Below are positions 12,723 to 26,203 of a stretch of 64,000 nt of DNA, piece by piece. The stretch comes from Octopus sinensis. Taxonomy: Eukaryota. The notes beneath the pieces were generated by a model. It did not search any database, was not told where the DNA came from, and worked only from the letters and a program-made list of their open reading frames with translations. Every line of letters starts with the position of its first letter. Within the stretch, counting starts at the first letter, position 1. Where the stretch lies: positions 136,338,001 to 136,402,000 of the forward strand of contig NC_042997.1 in the NCBI RefSeq assembly GCF_006345805.1. Reading direction: 5' to 3'. The position numbers and the translations under genes are program-made.

Positions 12723-13449
12723 AGGTGAGCAGATTTGTAGATAGTTATTTGATATAATGTATTCGTCACGTTGCCAGGTAAGAAAATAGGTAGGATGGAA
12801 TTTAAGTAGCCTGGGCCATATGCTCCGGTGTATGTATAAATGTAAGTAGGTAGGTTGTATAGACAAATAATATGGATGAAATGTGAGATAAGTCGGGTTA
12901 GGGAATGAGTGAGGGCAGAGAGTGGGATCGGGGTGTTACTGTGTGGATGTAAGGTTAAATTGAGTGAGTGAGGGAATGCGAAAATGAAGTTTGTTAGTAT
13001 GTGAGTAATATTGTTGCTGTATTTTATCATCAATATTTCTTATTTACACAGCCTTTGTAGTTACACACATGTACACTGACATGTATATATGTCATACATA
13101 TATGCATATGTGTATATATAAATATACATACACATATATGTATACATATATATAAATGTGTGTGTGTATACAAGAATGTATGTATACATGTATGCGTACA
13201 AAGAGGCATACACTTAAGTGATATATTTACAGGTACGTGCACACATGCCCATGTACATAGATACAAACATAAAATAGCATATACCTACATATATGCACAC
13301 AGACATACATACGTATACGCAGGTATATTTATAATGAGAAATATCTACTTCGTCAAGCAATATTATTCCATTCAGTTCATTTACTTCGATTGAAATGAAA
13401 TTACTCGGGCTGACGCCGAATTGAAGGATGAAATTCATTTTTACTTATA

Positions 13450-13900
13450 TGCTATTGCTGAAATAAAACATGGATTTTCTGGTGAGCATGATTATATTGG
13501 ATTCTTCTTCAGTGATTGGTGAGAACTGGTGGTGAAAAGAAGTGTTTTTAGAAGTATAATCCTCCGCTATTGAGGGTATTAGTCGCTAATGCGGAATCGT
13601 GTGAAATTTGTATGTTGTATGGTCTTGGACTATGTGTTCACTAAATTGCTGTTATTCCATAATGTAAAATGAGTGATGTTCTTCATTATGGAGATGATTG
13701 AATCTAGGATATTTTGTCTAGTTTTTTTAGATAAGGATACTTTTTCTCGTATACGGATAGCTGTGGGTGTTGCGTTTATGTTTTTAAGATTAACATTTCC
13801 ACAATGTCTTCGATATTAAAGAACGTGACTGTATTTTGCTTCTGACTTGTCCATTTGATTGTTTTTCATAAGTATTTTGCAAGGAGTAGGAGAGAGACCT
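13450..13900 (-). mobile_element. Degenerate Penelope-like RT remnant
   Basis: Minus-strand translation ..AIRIREKVSLSKKTRQNILDSI..TLWNNSNLVNT*SKTI..FTRFRISD*YPSI.. then PITEEESNIIMLTRKSMFYFSN, resembling the PLE RT segment (W.N...VI.WF.NI..FIKFDIVDFYPSI..II.H.RKSLLF). Confidence 0.55.
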
Positions 13901-13999
13901 ATAACGTATAAATGGGCTGATTTCTCCTAACCACTGTATTCTTTATAATCTCAGGTGTATTTCTAGGATATATATATATATATATCTATATATAATATA

Positions 14000-14065
<66 letters not shown>

Positions 14066-14066
14066 G

Positions 14067-14105
<39 letters not shown>

Positions 14106-14814
14106 CACACACACCTGGACATATACGCACGCGGATACACATGGATGAAGTCCCATATTGGAAGTATGTTAATGTTTTTATTATTTTGGAATGAAGAACA
14201 TAATCATAGGTGTTGAACCAGTGACTAAATTTGTAGTATTTCGCTGAGACTAATCCAATGAACTGACAGCAAGGTATGTCAGAAGTACTTTTCTGAAACA
14301 AAATTTCTGTGTACGGCCCTGTGTACGTGCGCATTCACACGAATACTTTCAAACAAAAGGTTGCTTGTTGATAAACATAATTGTGAATGGATAAAAATTT
14401 GGTAAATATTTACAATAATACAACACTCGCTAAATATTAACGCTAACTGTAACCCTAAGCCATAAATTTGCTTACAGCAGGGCCGGCGCTAAACCCCTGC
14501 AACTTCTGTGGTCGTAGGGGGCCTCCACGAAGAACAGGTATTACTATTTTCAGAAGAAAAAGAAACAGTAAGGTTTCTAAATAACGAAAGATCTTCATAC
14601 GGACGCACGCCCGGTGAAAACTCTTATTACATTGATATAAGTCATTCCTTGATATAAGTCATTCATTCATTTGGTCCTTCAGGCAATATACGCTGCATGA
14701 TATCTTTCAATTTATACGATAAACTTTAAAAATTTGAAAGTTCAATATTTCCGTGACATAAGATATCGATATGAGTTATTCAAATAATTGTTCTCAGAAT
14801 GTACCTAATAAAAT

Positions 14815-15125
14815 TAGCGAGAGTACACTCGATATTTCATATTTAAATCCGATGTGACTATTTCTACTTGGATAGGGATTAGAAAATGTTATATCTTCAT
14901 AAACTTCCAATCCATATTTTGGATATTTTTGGAACAACTTGCCTTATTAACATTTGATATTTCACATTTAAATCCGATGTGAGCATTTATTCTTGGATAT
15001 GGATTGAAAAATATCATATACTGATAACTTAGCTTACCTATTTTTAATATTCTTGAGGCAACTCAACTTATTAACACTGGATATTTCTATTAGAGATTTT
15101 AAAATATTGTATGCTGATAACTAAC
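14815..15125. repeat. Diverged ~125-bp tandem repeat, about 2.5-3 units
   Basis: gatatttca(t/c)atttaaatccgatgtga at 14831 and 14956; partial third unit at 15080. Confidence 0.7.
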
Positions 15126-15269
15126 ATTACACACTAGCCGGCAAGGGAGTGGCGACGCCTCCCCTCCCACAGGGGGACTGCAGTCCCTTTCTATACACTT
15201 CTCTACACCCTTCTCAATTATACCACAGGGGAAAGAGGGTTGAGAAACCTCTCTCCTACCCTACCTCTT

Positions 15270-15710
15270 CATTCAATGGGTCCCGTTAATTCCATCTGAT
15301 CTCCCCTTTGAATTTAAACGGCTCCAGTTCCCAATGAAACTAAGTTTTGCTATGTCGATAAACAAATCTCAAGGACAATCTCTCAAGGTTGTTGGACTTA
15401 ACCTTGCTTCTCCTTGCTTCTCTCATGGGCAATTATATGTAGGATGTTTGCGATTTGAAAGTCCCAAAACTCTTTTTATTTGTACCCCAATTAAAGGACA
15501 GACTGAAAACATTGTATATTTAGAAGTTCTACAGAATTAAACTGTGGTTGATTTCAGGATTTGTTTTAATAACTTTGTTTATACTCACGCCATCTGCTCA
15601 TAACTTACATTTCAGAATTTTTCTGAAAATATATTTTTTATCAGAGTATATATATTTATTTCCTTTAATAGTCTTTAAACATCCGAGCAACGCTGGGTAC
15701 TTAGGCAAGT
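15270..15710 (+). mobile_element. Helitron 3' fragment: helicase C-terminus plus terminal hairpin and CTAG-like end
   Basis: DLPFEFKRLQFPMKLSFAMSINKSQGQSLKVVGLNLASPCFSHGQLYVG..NIVY.EVL (ORF 15334-15540); degenerate hairpin ccgagcaacgctggg (15683-15697) followed by CAAG-t (15706-15710). Confidence 0.85.
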
Positions 15711-15879
15711 ATATGTGCATTTGCAGATATATAGATAGGGAGAGAAGGGAAATGAGAGAGGAAGAGGGAAAGTAACGAAGGTATGGATAAGTAGGGAGAG
15801 AGGAATGGAATAAATAGGCACGTAAGTAGATTGACAGAAGAGCAGTCTAACAGAAGGACAGACAAGAAGACAAATGGAT

Positions 15880-16000
15880 GGAGGAAGGAAGGAAGGGACG
15901 GACGGAGGGGCGAGCGGACGGACAGACGGGCGGGTGGAGGGATGGGTGGATGGATGGATGGATGGATGGATGGATGGATGGATGGATGGATGGATATGTT
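15880..16000. repeat. Compound (GGAA)/(GGAC)/(GGAT)n repeat
   Basis: Directly visible. Confidence 0.85.
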
Positions 16001-16589
16001 TGGTTACTAGACAGATAGACGACTGGACAAAGTTCTCAAAACTCATGGCGACGCAAACCCACACAGACATCTGTGTAGTCACGAACCACTAAACGTACAT
16101 TATTTGGACATTCAGTAATTATCTTGTGTGTTTCTTAGAACCCATTTTACTAACTTATTTGAGGAAACAAAGCAAAAAGATATCATGTCATGATAATCTG
16201 TAATGATAAAATATTAGTTGGTTTTGTCATTGAATGTTTATGCCAATGAAAACATTTACTCAGTCAGAATCCTGTCTGTTTTTTTCTCGTCATATCAACT
16301 TATCGATCGCCTCTTTAATTCATTTACATAGAATAATTGCTTGTTTACGTGTTTCGTAATGTGATTCTGACCTACGATCAAATATATAAAGGTTTACTTG
16401 CAATATATGCACTATCAAACACAAAAACACACTAACAAATATACTCTGAAATGTGTGTGGGTGCATGTATATGACGTATGTATGTATGTATGTATGTATG
16501 TATGTATGTATGTATGTATGCATGTATGTATGCATGCATGTATGTATGTATGTATGTATGTATGTATGTATGTACTATGTATGTGATTA

Positions 16590-18160
16590 TTATGGCTTTC
16601 TACGAAGATCTCAGATCGGTTATGATATCGATCCTAAATGTAGACAAGATCCTCCTTCTTGGCGATTTCAATACTCGTGTTGGATGCGATTAAGAGACCT
16701 GGGATGCACTAGGGCGACATGGCTTGAGCAAAATGAGCGCTAATAGTCTCCGTCTTCTTCAGCTCTGCACTGAACTTGATCTTATCATCTGCAACACTGT
16801 TTTTCATCAGAAGGATACCCATAAAACTACCTGGACGCACCCAAGATCCAAACAAGGGCATATTCTTGATTACCTTATCACCAGGAAACGAGACCATATG
16901 TTCACACGCAATAAATTGAAACTCCGCATCATGTGTAGAATAATATCTAAATATATTGATGCGTTGAAATTAAGGGACTCTAAGGTACAGGCGAATCTTA
17001 GAAATGCTATTGGAGAAGCGGAATTTGATGGAACCTGGGCTCAGTTTAAGACCACTATTGACAATGTTGGAGTTAAGGTTCTTGGTCTCAAAAACAGAAA
17101 ACATCGGGACTGGTTTGATGAAAACGATCTACAGATCAATAAACTTCTTGAAGGTAAATTAAGCTGCACCAAAAATACTTCGGTGCCCCAGATGAGGATA
17201 AAAAGCCCTTACCGCAGTCTCTCAAAAGATAAAATCACCACTCTTAAGAAAGATACGACAGATGAAAACAAATGGTGGTCAGATATTTCTGAAAAAATCC
17301 AGAAAGCGTATAACAACAAAGACCTGATATCAGTATATCACTTGATCGGACAAGTGTTTGGTCCTCGGTCTTCATTTGTGGTACCACTCAAGTCCAAAGA
17401 CAGCTGCTTTCTCTTCAAGGATCACGAGGGCATCATGAAACGTTGGACTGAGCACTTCACTGATCTCTTTTATAATCCATCAGTTATTGGTGAAAATGTC
17501 ATCAGTAATCTTCCCCGGAAAAGATATCATTCATGAGATGATGGAACATCCAACTATAAAGGAGATCAAAAAGACAATCAAAGAATTATATACTGGGAAG
17601 GCACCAGGTTTTGACGGTATTCCTGTTGAAATTCTCCTCCACAGGGGTAAGAGGCTTGCTGTAGAGATCCACCATCTAATATCAGACATCTGGTTGGGTG
17701 CTCTCGTTCCCCAGGGCTGGGTTGATGCCATTTTAATTTCATTATTCATAGGAAAAGGATCCAAATCCGAGTGTGGCAATTACAGAAGTATAAGCCTGCT
17801 TGAAATAGTCGGTAAGGTTTTTGCGAAACTTTTACTTAATCGGGTAACAATATGGATATGCCCCTCTGTCATCCCAGAGAGTTAGTGTGGTTTTAGATCA
17901 AATCGTGGCACAACTCGTCAACTCCAACAGAAATGTATCGAACATGGCATAGGTCTTTACCAGGTATTTGTCGATTTAACAAAAGCCTTCGATACTGTTA
18001 ATAGGACCATTCTGTGGACCATTCTTGGTAAATTTGGAGTGCCCACCTCAATTTGTCAACTTGTTTAAGCAACTTCATAGTGATATGAAAGCTCGTCTTA
18101 TCTTCAATGGGTCACTATCGGAACCAATTTCCATCGATAACGAATAAGGTGATATTCGAA
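16590..18160 (+). mobile_element. RTE-clade LINE remnant (end of APE through N-terminal RT), internally deleted
   Basis: LLLGDFNTRVG; LIICNTVF..KTTWTHPRSKQGHILDYLITRKRD; GKAPGFDGIPVE; NYRSISLL..GKVFAKLL; ESXCGFR; VDLTKAFDTV. Degraded near the NGVKQG motif at ~18140. Confidence 0.85.
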
Positions 18161-18185
18161 TTTCATCAGCGACTGGGTATTTTAG

Positions 18186-18221
<36 letters not shown>

Positions 18222-18236
18222 CATATACACACACAA

Positions 18237-18274
<38 letters not shown>

Positions 18275-18575
18275 GGGGTCAGTGTAATTGACTTACAACC
18301 TCCCCAGAATTTCGCATCTTGTACCTATAGTAGTCGGCTTATTAGTCGTCCAAAAGGCGGCAAGCTGGCAGAATCGTTAGCACGTTAGGCAAAGTGCTTA
18401 GCGGCATTTCGTTCGTTTTTGCGTTCTGAATTCAAATTCCGCCGAAGTCAACTTTGCTTTTCGTCCTTTCGTAATCGATGGAAGAAGTACAAGCTGAGGA
18501 TTTGGGTCGATGTAATCGACTAGAACTTTCTTCCCTCACATTTCATGATTTGTGCCTATAGTAGAAAGGATTATT
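18275..18575 (+). mobile_element. tRNA-derived SINE family B (partial plus full copy), tail type 2
   Basis: aaggcggcaagctggcagaatcgttagcacg..gaattcaaattccgccgaagtcaactttgc head shared with the copies at 51981 and 58063; 3' tail ..tttgtgcctatagtagaaaggattatta. Confidence 0.75.
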
Positions 18576-19454
18576 AACTGTCACAATGCATTATTAAAGC
18601 GCTACTAATAGTTTCATATTTTGAGAGAACTCAAACATATCCTTCAGGTGCAAACCACATATCATAAAGAACTAAAGAAATTGAATAATTGAAGATACGC
18701 GAAATAAACTGAGAAGGTAGCGTATAGAAAACGCAGACAGTAAACAATTGCAAACGAAAAACGGAAAACGAATAACGGAAACTAAAATGTTAAAAATAAA
18801 AAGTAAAAGGTAAAACGATAAAAGAGCTATCCTCCTTACACCTTAAATGATAAGGCTGGAAAGATATCAAGTCAGTCAGGAATAGGCGAAATTTTCCAAT
18901 TTTTTCAGAGTATATTTATACATATGCATGCAACCACTTAAAATTTCTGTCCTGGAGTTCAGCCAAACAAATTCTACATTAATTCGATCCATTCACATAA
19001 GGTATGGATTTCTCAATTACTTTCCATTTAATCACAGGCGGTATTTCGTTATCTTTCAAAGTCTATACGTAGCTAGCCAACTTAGTAGCTTTAGTTTTGT
19101 CCCTATATATAATTGAATAAAATAGAGTCAACAAAAGTAGTACGGTTAGACAGCTATTTAATAAACACCACACATGTTTTGATACAACAGAGATCCACAT
19201 ATACACAGGATTTAAAATATACAGACATACATACACATACATACATACATACATACATACATACATACATACATACATACATACATACATTTTCTTGAGA
19301 ATGTATATTTATGTTGTAATCTTTTGTGCCCAATATTTTAAGGAACTTGTTAAACTTTCTTATGTCCTTAACATGTTCTTGTTACCAAAGACTGTGTATA
19401 TGTATTGTAGCATTTTGCGACAACCAATGATTAACGCAACCAAACTTTTACATG

Positions 19455-19499
19455 TTACTTTTGACAATCTTTTTCCCAAAAGTGAAACCGGTTAAGTAA
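19455..19499 (+). ncRNA. Minimal hammerhead-ribozyme-like motif with U3-A8 variant core
   Basis: ttactt-TTGACAA-t.ctttt(tccc)aaaag.t-GAAA-ccgg-TT-aagtaa: perfect 6-bp stem I, palindromic stem III ACCGGT. Second copy at 30561-30605 (-). Confidence 0.55.
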
Positions 19500-19581
19500 A
19501 TAAACGTCTTTTAAAATTTCATTTTCAAACCTTCTCTCGTATATAATTCCACTCGTGCGGTACCCCACAACTCCACTTTGT

Positions 19582-19612
<31 letters not shown>

Positions 19613-20063
19613 TAAAATATAATTGCCAACTAAATGTGGCAGTCCCATAGAGGACGATGCTACTGTTGTTTTTAGACCCAGGAAGCCATCTCCTGCAGCT
19701 GGTTAACGACACTGTGTCCGATTAGTATTTACGAGGGAAAACCATCGTTCCCATTTCTAGCCTTAAGTGATGCATACAGACTCGTCATCAGTGTGTGATA
19801 ATTACGACCTAGTGATGATAACTCATTCTACACGCAAAATACTATATGCTTTCTCCAGTGAAAGACTGTCGGTAATATATATATGTCTTTCCTAGAAATA
19901 GACGGTAGAAGTTAGAGTAACTCAAGGACAAAGAAAACGTTGACACTTAACAAACACGAGATTCTCAGCGCTTGAATCTCTCTGTGACCTCTGCCGATCA
20001 TTGGTAAAAAAAAAAGCATATAAACTCACGTTTTAAACTCTATTTTTCCTGTTTGCATCACCC

Positions 20064-20102
<39 letters not shown>

Positions 20103-20129
20103 ATTCACACACACACACATACACATCGC

Positions 20130-20340
20130 AATGCAAAGGTAGTGAGCTAGTAAAATGCTTAGCGGCATTTTGTCTGCCTTTACGTAGTGAGTTCAAATTC
20201 TGCCAAAGGCTGACTTTGCTTTTCATCCTTTCAGGGTGCGACAAAATAAGTACCAATTGAACACTCGAGTCGATGTAAATGACTACCCCACCATCCCCAG
20301 ACTTGCTGGCCTTATACCAAAATTTGAAACTAGCACATCG
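20130..20340 (+). mobile_element. SINE family B, tail type 2
   Basis: aaatgcttagcggcatttt..gagttcaaattctgcc..ttgctggccttataccaaaatttgaaac. Confidence 0.7.
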
Positions 20341-20355
20341 CAACACATATGTGTC

Positions 20356-20398
<43 letters not shown>

Positions 20399-20929
20399 GC
20401 ATATATATATACATATGTATATACGTACATACATACATATATGTATACATCCACCCATTCACACATCCTTGAGATTGTATATCAGATACCCTTCAAACTA
20501 CCCCGACTCACTACTGACCATCCCATCTACGCATATATGCAAAAGTACACATACACACACACGCCTACAACCACCCATATGGATACACCTGTCATTATAG
20601 CTGCAGATCTCTCACTACGACATTGACAGTTACCAACACACGCTACCATGCACACATGCACACACACGCACATGCTACCACCACCACACGCACACACGCC
20701 ACCACGTACACACACACACATACGCTACCATACACACACACACAAACGCGCTACTATACACACACTCGCTATCACACACACACACACACATGCCACCACA
20801 CATACACGCGCACACACAAACACACATACACACATAAACTAATTATTCTTCACACTCTCCTGAAAGCACTTTCGCTTTGTCCATCTACTTCTGGTCATTT
20901 CAAGAATGTACCTACACATGGACTGTTGG

Positions 20930-21110
20930 CGATTTTTTCCTCCTTTGATTTTCTTTTTGACTTTCTTATGTCTCCTATTTCCGAAGAAGAGTTAGGCTCG
21001 AAACGTAAAACAACCACTCTTTCTTTCCTTCTCTGAGCGTTTCATTAATACTTTGCATGTACTACATCCTCGCGTTGTTTTTTCTTGGTGTCTTTTTCTC
21101 CGTTTTTTAA
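20930..21110 (+). mobile_element. Penelope-like terminal-repeat fragment with hammerhead-like motif (20978-21010)
   Basis: ttt-CCGAAGA-agag(ttag)gctc-GAAA-cg-TA-aaa. Confidence 0.5.
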
Positions 21111-21469
21111 TTAATTATGTATGTGTGTGTGAATATGTATGTATATATATGTATATATATGTGTATATATATGTATGTATGTATGCATGTATATACATAC
21201 ATATATATATATACACACAGACACACATACACACACACACACACATGTATATATATACGAAGTTGTTTAACTAACGATAAGCAATATGCATTGTTTATAA
21301 TTAGATATGCGTTCCTATACACTCTATACACCGCTGTATACACGGTTAAGTGCATCATTAATTAATTAGTTGAACGCGTTGCCAACGAAATTACTATTTG
21401 GCAAACAGACAAATTTAGTGAAGTCGTAATATGTAATATAGTAACAGTAAATAGTTATGGGATATCTCT

Positions 21470-21700
<231 letters not shown>

Positions 21701-21839
21701 AACGGACTAATGAAGTTGTTTGTTTGCTGATAACGATTCAAATTAGAATCGAAGTTGATCCGGATAATCCCTCTTTTTTTCTGTCCTCAGAAAGATGAAA
21801 ACTAAAACGAAAACCAGTCGTAAATATTTCTCAGCATAG

Positions 21840-22225
21840 GGGCAGGCTTGGCTGTGTGGTATGAAGCTTACTTCCCAACCACATGGTTCCGGGTTCAGTC
21901 CCAATGCGTGGCACCTTGAGCAAGTATCTTCTACTATAGCCTCGGACTGATCAAAGCCTTGTAAGTGAATTTAGTAAACGGAAACTGAAAGAAGCCCATT
22001 GTACGTGTGTTTTTGTGTTTGTGTTTGTCCCCCACCACCGCGTCACAACCAGTGTTGGTGTGTTTACATCCCCGTAACTTAGCGGTTCGGCAATGGAGAC
22101 CGATAGAATAAGTACCAGGCTTTAAAAAAATAAGTCCTGGGGTCGGTTTGTTCGACTAAAAACGCTTCAAGGCGGTGCCCCAGTATGGCATCAGTCAAAT
22201 GAAAGAAACAAGTAAACGGTAAAAG
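21840..22225 (+). mobile_element. SINE family A, near full length
   Basis: ggctgtgtggtatgaagctt..ggttccgggttcagtccc (A/B-box-like), central body, internal simple repeat, tail ..gtcaaatgaaagaaacaagtaaa. Confidence 0.85.
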
Positions 22226-22345
22226 ATGCGAGGGTGTATTGAAAAGTTCTTGGCTTTGGGTAAAATAAAATAGAGGAGGATGAGTTAATTGTGATTTTAT
22301 TCAACATATTTCCCTCTCAGATTTGCACACTTATTTTAGCGGCCT
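22226..22345 (+). mobile_element. Mariner-type TIR / terminal fragment
   Basis: tgcgagggtgtattgaaaagttcttggc resembles mariner TIRs (TACGAGGG..AAAAGT); no transposase follows. Confidence 0.45.
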
Positions 22346-23017
22346 TACCAATAGACTAAAATTTCAAACCACCTTTTGAATAAAGTATCCCCGTTTGGAA
22401 ACATGCTATTAATTGCACAGGTGTCTTGCAAACTTGCATGCAAACATGAAACTTAAAAACTTCATGGCTTCAAATGTGTTTTGGCTGTGGTAATTACATT
22501 CACCCGGTGGCTCATAGTGCACTTCAACACAATATAAAACAAAGCCTGATAGTAATACGTAACTAAGCAACCCGTCCGTTTTATACAGAACTACACAGAA
22601 AGACTGCATGATTTAATTATTGATATTGATAGCATAACATATTGCTAAATTTAATACAAAGATAAACTGAATTAGTCACGCTCAAAAACCATTCCAGTCA
22701 ACGGTCAAAAATTTAAACCTAAAGGTAATGTCTTTCCTAATAAAGTACAAACCCCATGTCTGTACCTACTGTGAGTTAGTATTGACATACACTAATATCA
22801 ACTACTTACATCTAGAAGATAAGAGACCATGTAAACCTGCAAACGTTGGTTGACCTTGGAACTTTACAAAATGTAAAGAACTGATAAGGAAATATGCAGA
22901 AATAAATTAAACACAGTCGTATTTTCAATACTTGTTCAAGAGGAAAGTTTTACTCGAGTGTCTGGGGGGAATGGGTTTTGGGTGTGCCTGCGTGTGATTG
23001 TGTGTGTGTATACGTGC

Positions 23018-23024
<7 letters not shown>

Positions 23025-23108
<84 letters not shown>
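23025..23108. repeat. (TG)n microsatellite
   Basis: Directly visible. Confidence 0.95.
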
Positions 23109-23110
<2 letters not shown>

Positions 23111-24689
23111 CATGTGTAGTTATGACTGTGGTTGTATGTGTATCTGGGTTTTCACTTTCCACCTCCCTTCCTGTCCCATTTGCAATATAAATGAAATAAC
23201 TTTGGAGTTAAATTTGATTTTCTGCCAATGGGCGCCCGTATCACCATTCCGTTCTATTTAAAGTGGTTCTTCTTCGAAAAATTTTTTAAGCCTTATGTCT
23301 AGGGTCAACCAAATGGCTTTTCAGACGAATAAAAATATCTTCTACTGGTTAAAAATTACTTACTTCTAGCCAATCAATACAAAATGACGTATAAACATTG
23401 AACCTGGTTGATGAAGCTTTTTAATTATGTACTCTCTTACTACGAGCAAGAATTTAAAGCAAATATTCATTGAATGGTTGGCAAGAATTATTCATACAAT
23501 ATGGCAAGCATCATGCAGTAAACTTGGTGTTGATACACAAATAAACAAGAATCTTCGTTGTCCTCCTCCTAACTTCCTTTGTGCCTTATGAGAATCACTG
23601 CTTTTACTAACCCTGAAAATACTACCAGTCCGAGCCAATAAAAGAGCCTCTATTTCGTCGAAAGACCTACTAGAAATATCAGTCAAGTCTCCCTCAAATT
23701 AGACTTTACCTTTTCGAAAAGATGAAAACCATTAAATAATAAGGTTATAGTTGCACTATGTCAGAAGATAAAAGAAGATAAAGTGATGATGGTCAAGGTT
23801 GGAATGCTTCTGGTCATAAATCTTCTTCCTTAGTCGGCTTAACAACTGTTATTACCACTATTAATTGCACGAACAGAATGTCATAAGTATCGCTCGATGA
23901 TCACATCCACCTGTTTACATATTATTTACCATATGTAATATCACACCTGTATTTCATTGAAACACAATGAAGTGTTTGTTGTTATGTCATGCACGCCAAC
24001 AAAAATTTTATTTATTTATCTTTTAAGCTACTTTATACATACTTGACCCTTCTGACAATATTTCATTTTAAAAGATTAGGTTTCTTTAGATTCAGAGTTT
24101 AATATTTCTTCGTTCTATCAAAGTCCAATATAGATGAAGGAAATTATTTCTTCCTTCTACTACCATTACCAACAGTAAGGAAAATCTCAGGTTTCAACCT
24201 TTACTTAGTCACGTAATTTTATATTAACTTTCGTATAACCCTTTCTTACTTCCAAAAGCGCGCTATTATGAAGGATTCAGAAATGCTATTTATTTTCATC
24301 CTTTCTCTATCTCATAGATTATGTGACTATGTAACATTCTTTGGTTCGCTACTTCTAACATCTTTTCGATCGTATTAAGTTTTCTTCGTGAAATAGAACA
24401 AAAAGCAAATGAAAAATCAATAGACTCAAATAATAGCTGTGGATTTATAGTTGAGTCACGAACCTTACATCGTCTCAGGAAATTTATATTTGAAATAGAA
24501 AATAAAACAATCTGTTCAATCTTGTTGTCAGAGGCGCACAGTAAAATAACTAAACCGAAGGTAAAACAATTACGAAATTTACTGACGGACAACTCGGTTC
24601 TTTCTTGTCATTTTTATAAGTTGTTTGTTTAATATATATCCTTAAGCCATTTCATCGGTTACGGCCAGTTAATGCTAAGTTTGGTGCTT

Positions 24690-24860
24690 TATTTTCCATT
24701 CAATATTTCATTATTTTCCGAGTTCAAGTCCCACTGAGGTTAACTTTACCATTTCGAGGTCGATAAAACAAGTTGAGCACTGGGGTATATGTAATCAATT
24801 TATCCCCACCCCGAAACTCCCTCGCCTGTCTTGTGCTTAACTTTGAAAACAATATTATTT
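24690..24860 (+). mobile_element. Degenerate SINE family B
   Basis: ccgagttcaagtccc..gaggttaactttacc..ggtcgataaaacaag..ctggggtatatgtaatc..gtgcttaactttgaaaac. Confidence 0.55.
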
Positions 24861-25629
24861 CTAAACCAAATGAAACGAATAGAAGCCGCAGAATGCCGAA
24901 CTAGATATCTTGCAGTATCTAAACACTTCTCTTTATGCTTCGAATTCAAATCTCCTTGGAATTAGTCTCGAATATACACAGGCGCAAATTTAATTTGACT
25001 ATACTCCTCCCTATAAATTAAGGTCATGTATGAAACAATTGTTTATAACTATAGAATGATGATGGAGATTATAAACTGAAGACCTACGAAACAGATGCCT
25101 TAAAATATTTAGTTTCTTATATACATACATCATGTTTTTGCTTTTGCTGGTTTTAGCCAGGGGCTGCAGCCATGCCATGCTGGGGCACCGCATTTAGTGT
25201 GAATGTTTTTTATTTCAACTCAATTCCCGGCTTTCTATCTGGAATTGTTTCTTAGGGAATTATTGAGTTGGACAGAGCCCTATTAATAGGATTTCTATTC
25301 TTCAAGTTCCAAATAAATTAGGAAAGGAAGTTTCATTTTTCTATTAGAATGTTAGGGCGTGGTTACTATTATTTAATTAGACGATAGAATACTAGATTGC
25401 CGGTATACCTAAACGTCATAATTTTTCTTTGAAAGATCAAAACGTCAACTTAGTCCAAAACTTACCATTCAAATCATAACCCCACAAAATACTGAAAATT
25501 CAACAAATTTATACTTGTCAAATTAATTCCCAAATTAAATTCCCTTATTCTACCATACCTACGTTTCTACAAATCTTAACTTCTTTGAACTTCAAAAAAA
25601 GGACTAAAGGTCTTTCCCGAGACTAAAAG

Positions 25630-25850
25630 ATTAAAGGTCTTTCCCGGCTCATAAGGCCGGTTTCCTAGATTCTATGGTGTATATAATCCCCACCCTGGAC
25701 GGGACGCCACACGGTCGTTCATTTATGGAAGCTGAGAGGATTGTAGCAACGTGAAAGGAAGTGTCTTGCTCAAGAACAAAACGCGTCGCTCGGTCCAGGA
25801 ATCGAAACCATAATCTTACGATCATTAGTGCAAAACTTAACCACTAAGCC
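25630..25850 (-). mobile_element. SINE family C
   Basis: Reverse complement of the gtggcttagtggttaag..ttgagcaagacacttcctttcacgttgct motif also seen at 27905, 31370, 52405 and 54689. Confidence 0.65.
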
Positions 25851-26156
25851 ACTCACCTTCACCCTTCAATTCACAACCTATGGTTACCATAAATTCAATC
25901 GTAACCTTAAACTATACACCCATCGCAATGTTATCCACCCTGGCATATACACCTTAGAGTCTGAATTCCTAGATAGCAATAAAGTGTATAAATGCCATGT
26001 AAATTTACGAAACAAGTCCTTGAACTTTCATAAAATATATTTGCTTGTTATTAACTCTATGTTCATGTATACGTAAAAATATTATTTTGACAGATACACA
26101 TATCTTGATCCTATTTCTAGTTAATCGCATTTTTTTGTAAACATATAAACTTTTCG

Positions 26157-26203
<47 letters not shown>

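Noticed and set aside
14815-15125. Leucine-rich-repeat coding remnant (LxxLDIS-like translations)
   Set aside because: The unit length of ~125 bp is not a multiple of three and the frames contain stops; kept only as a tandem repeat.
23492-23686. ORF containing LGGGQRR, reminiscent of an ABC signature
   Set aside because: There are no other ABC motifs, the splice context is weak and the ORF is short, so it is likely chance.
23709-23760. Minus-strand exon candidate with a good pyrimidine tract and GTAAAG donor
   Set aside because: The acceptor tract appears to derive from the purine-rich tail of a degenerate repeat, and no other minus-strand exons support it.
24296-24592. 98-aa minus-strand ORF or exon
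   Set aside because: No recognisable motif; the best splice-bounded segment has stops in all three frames.
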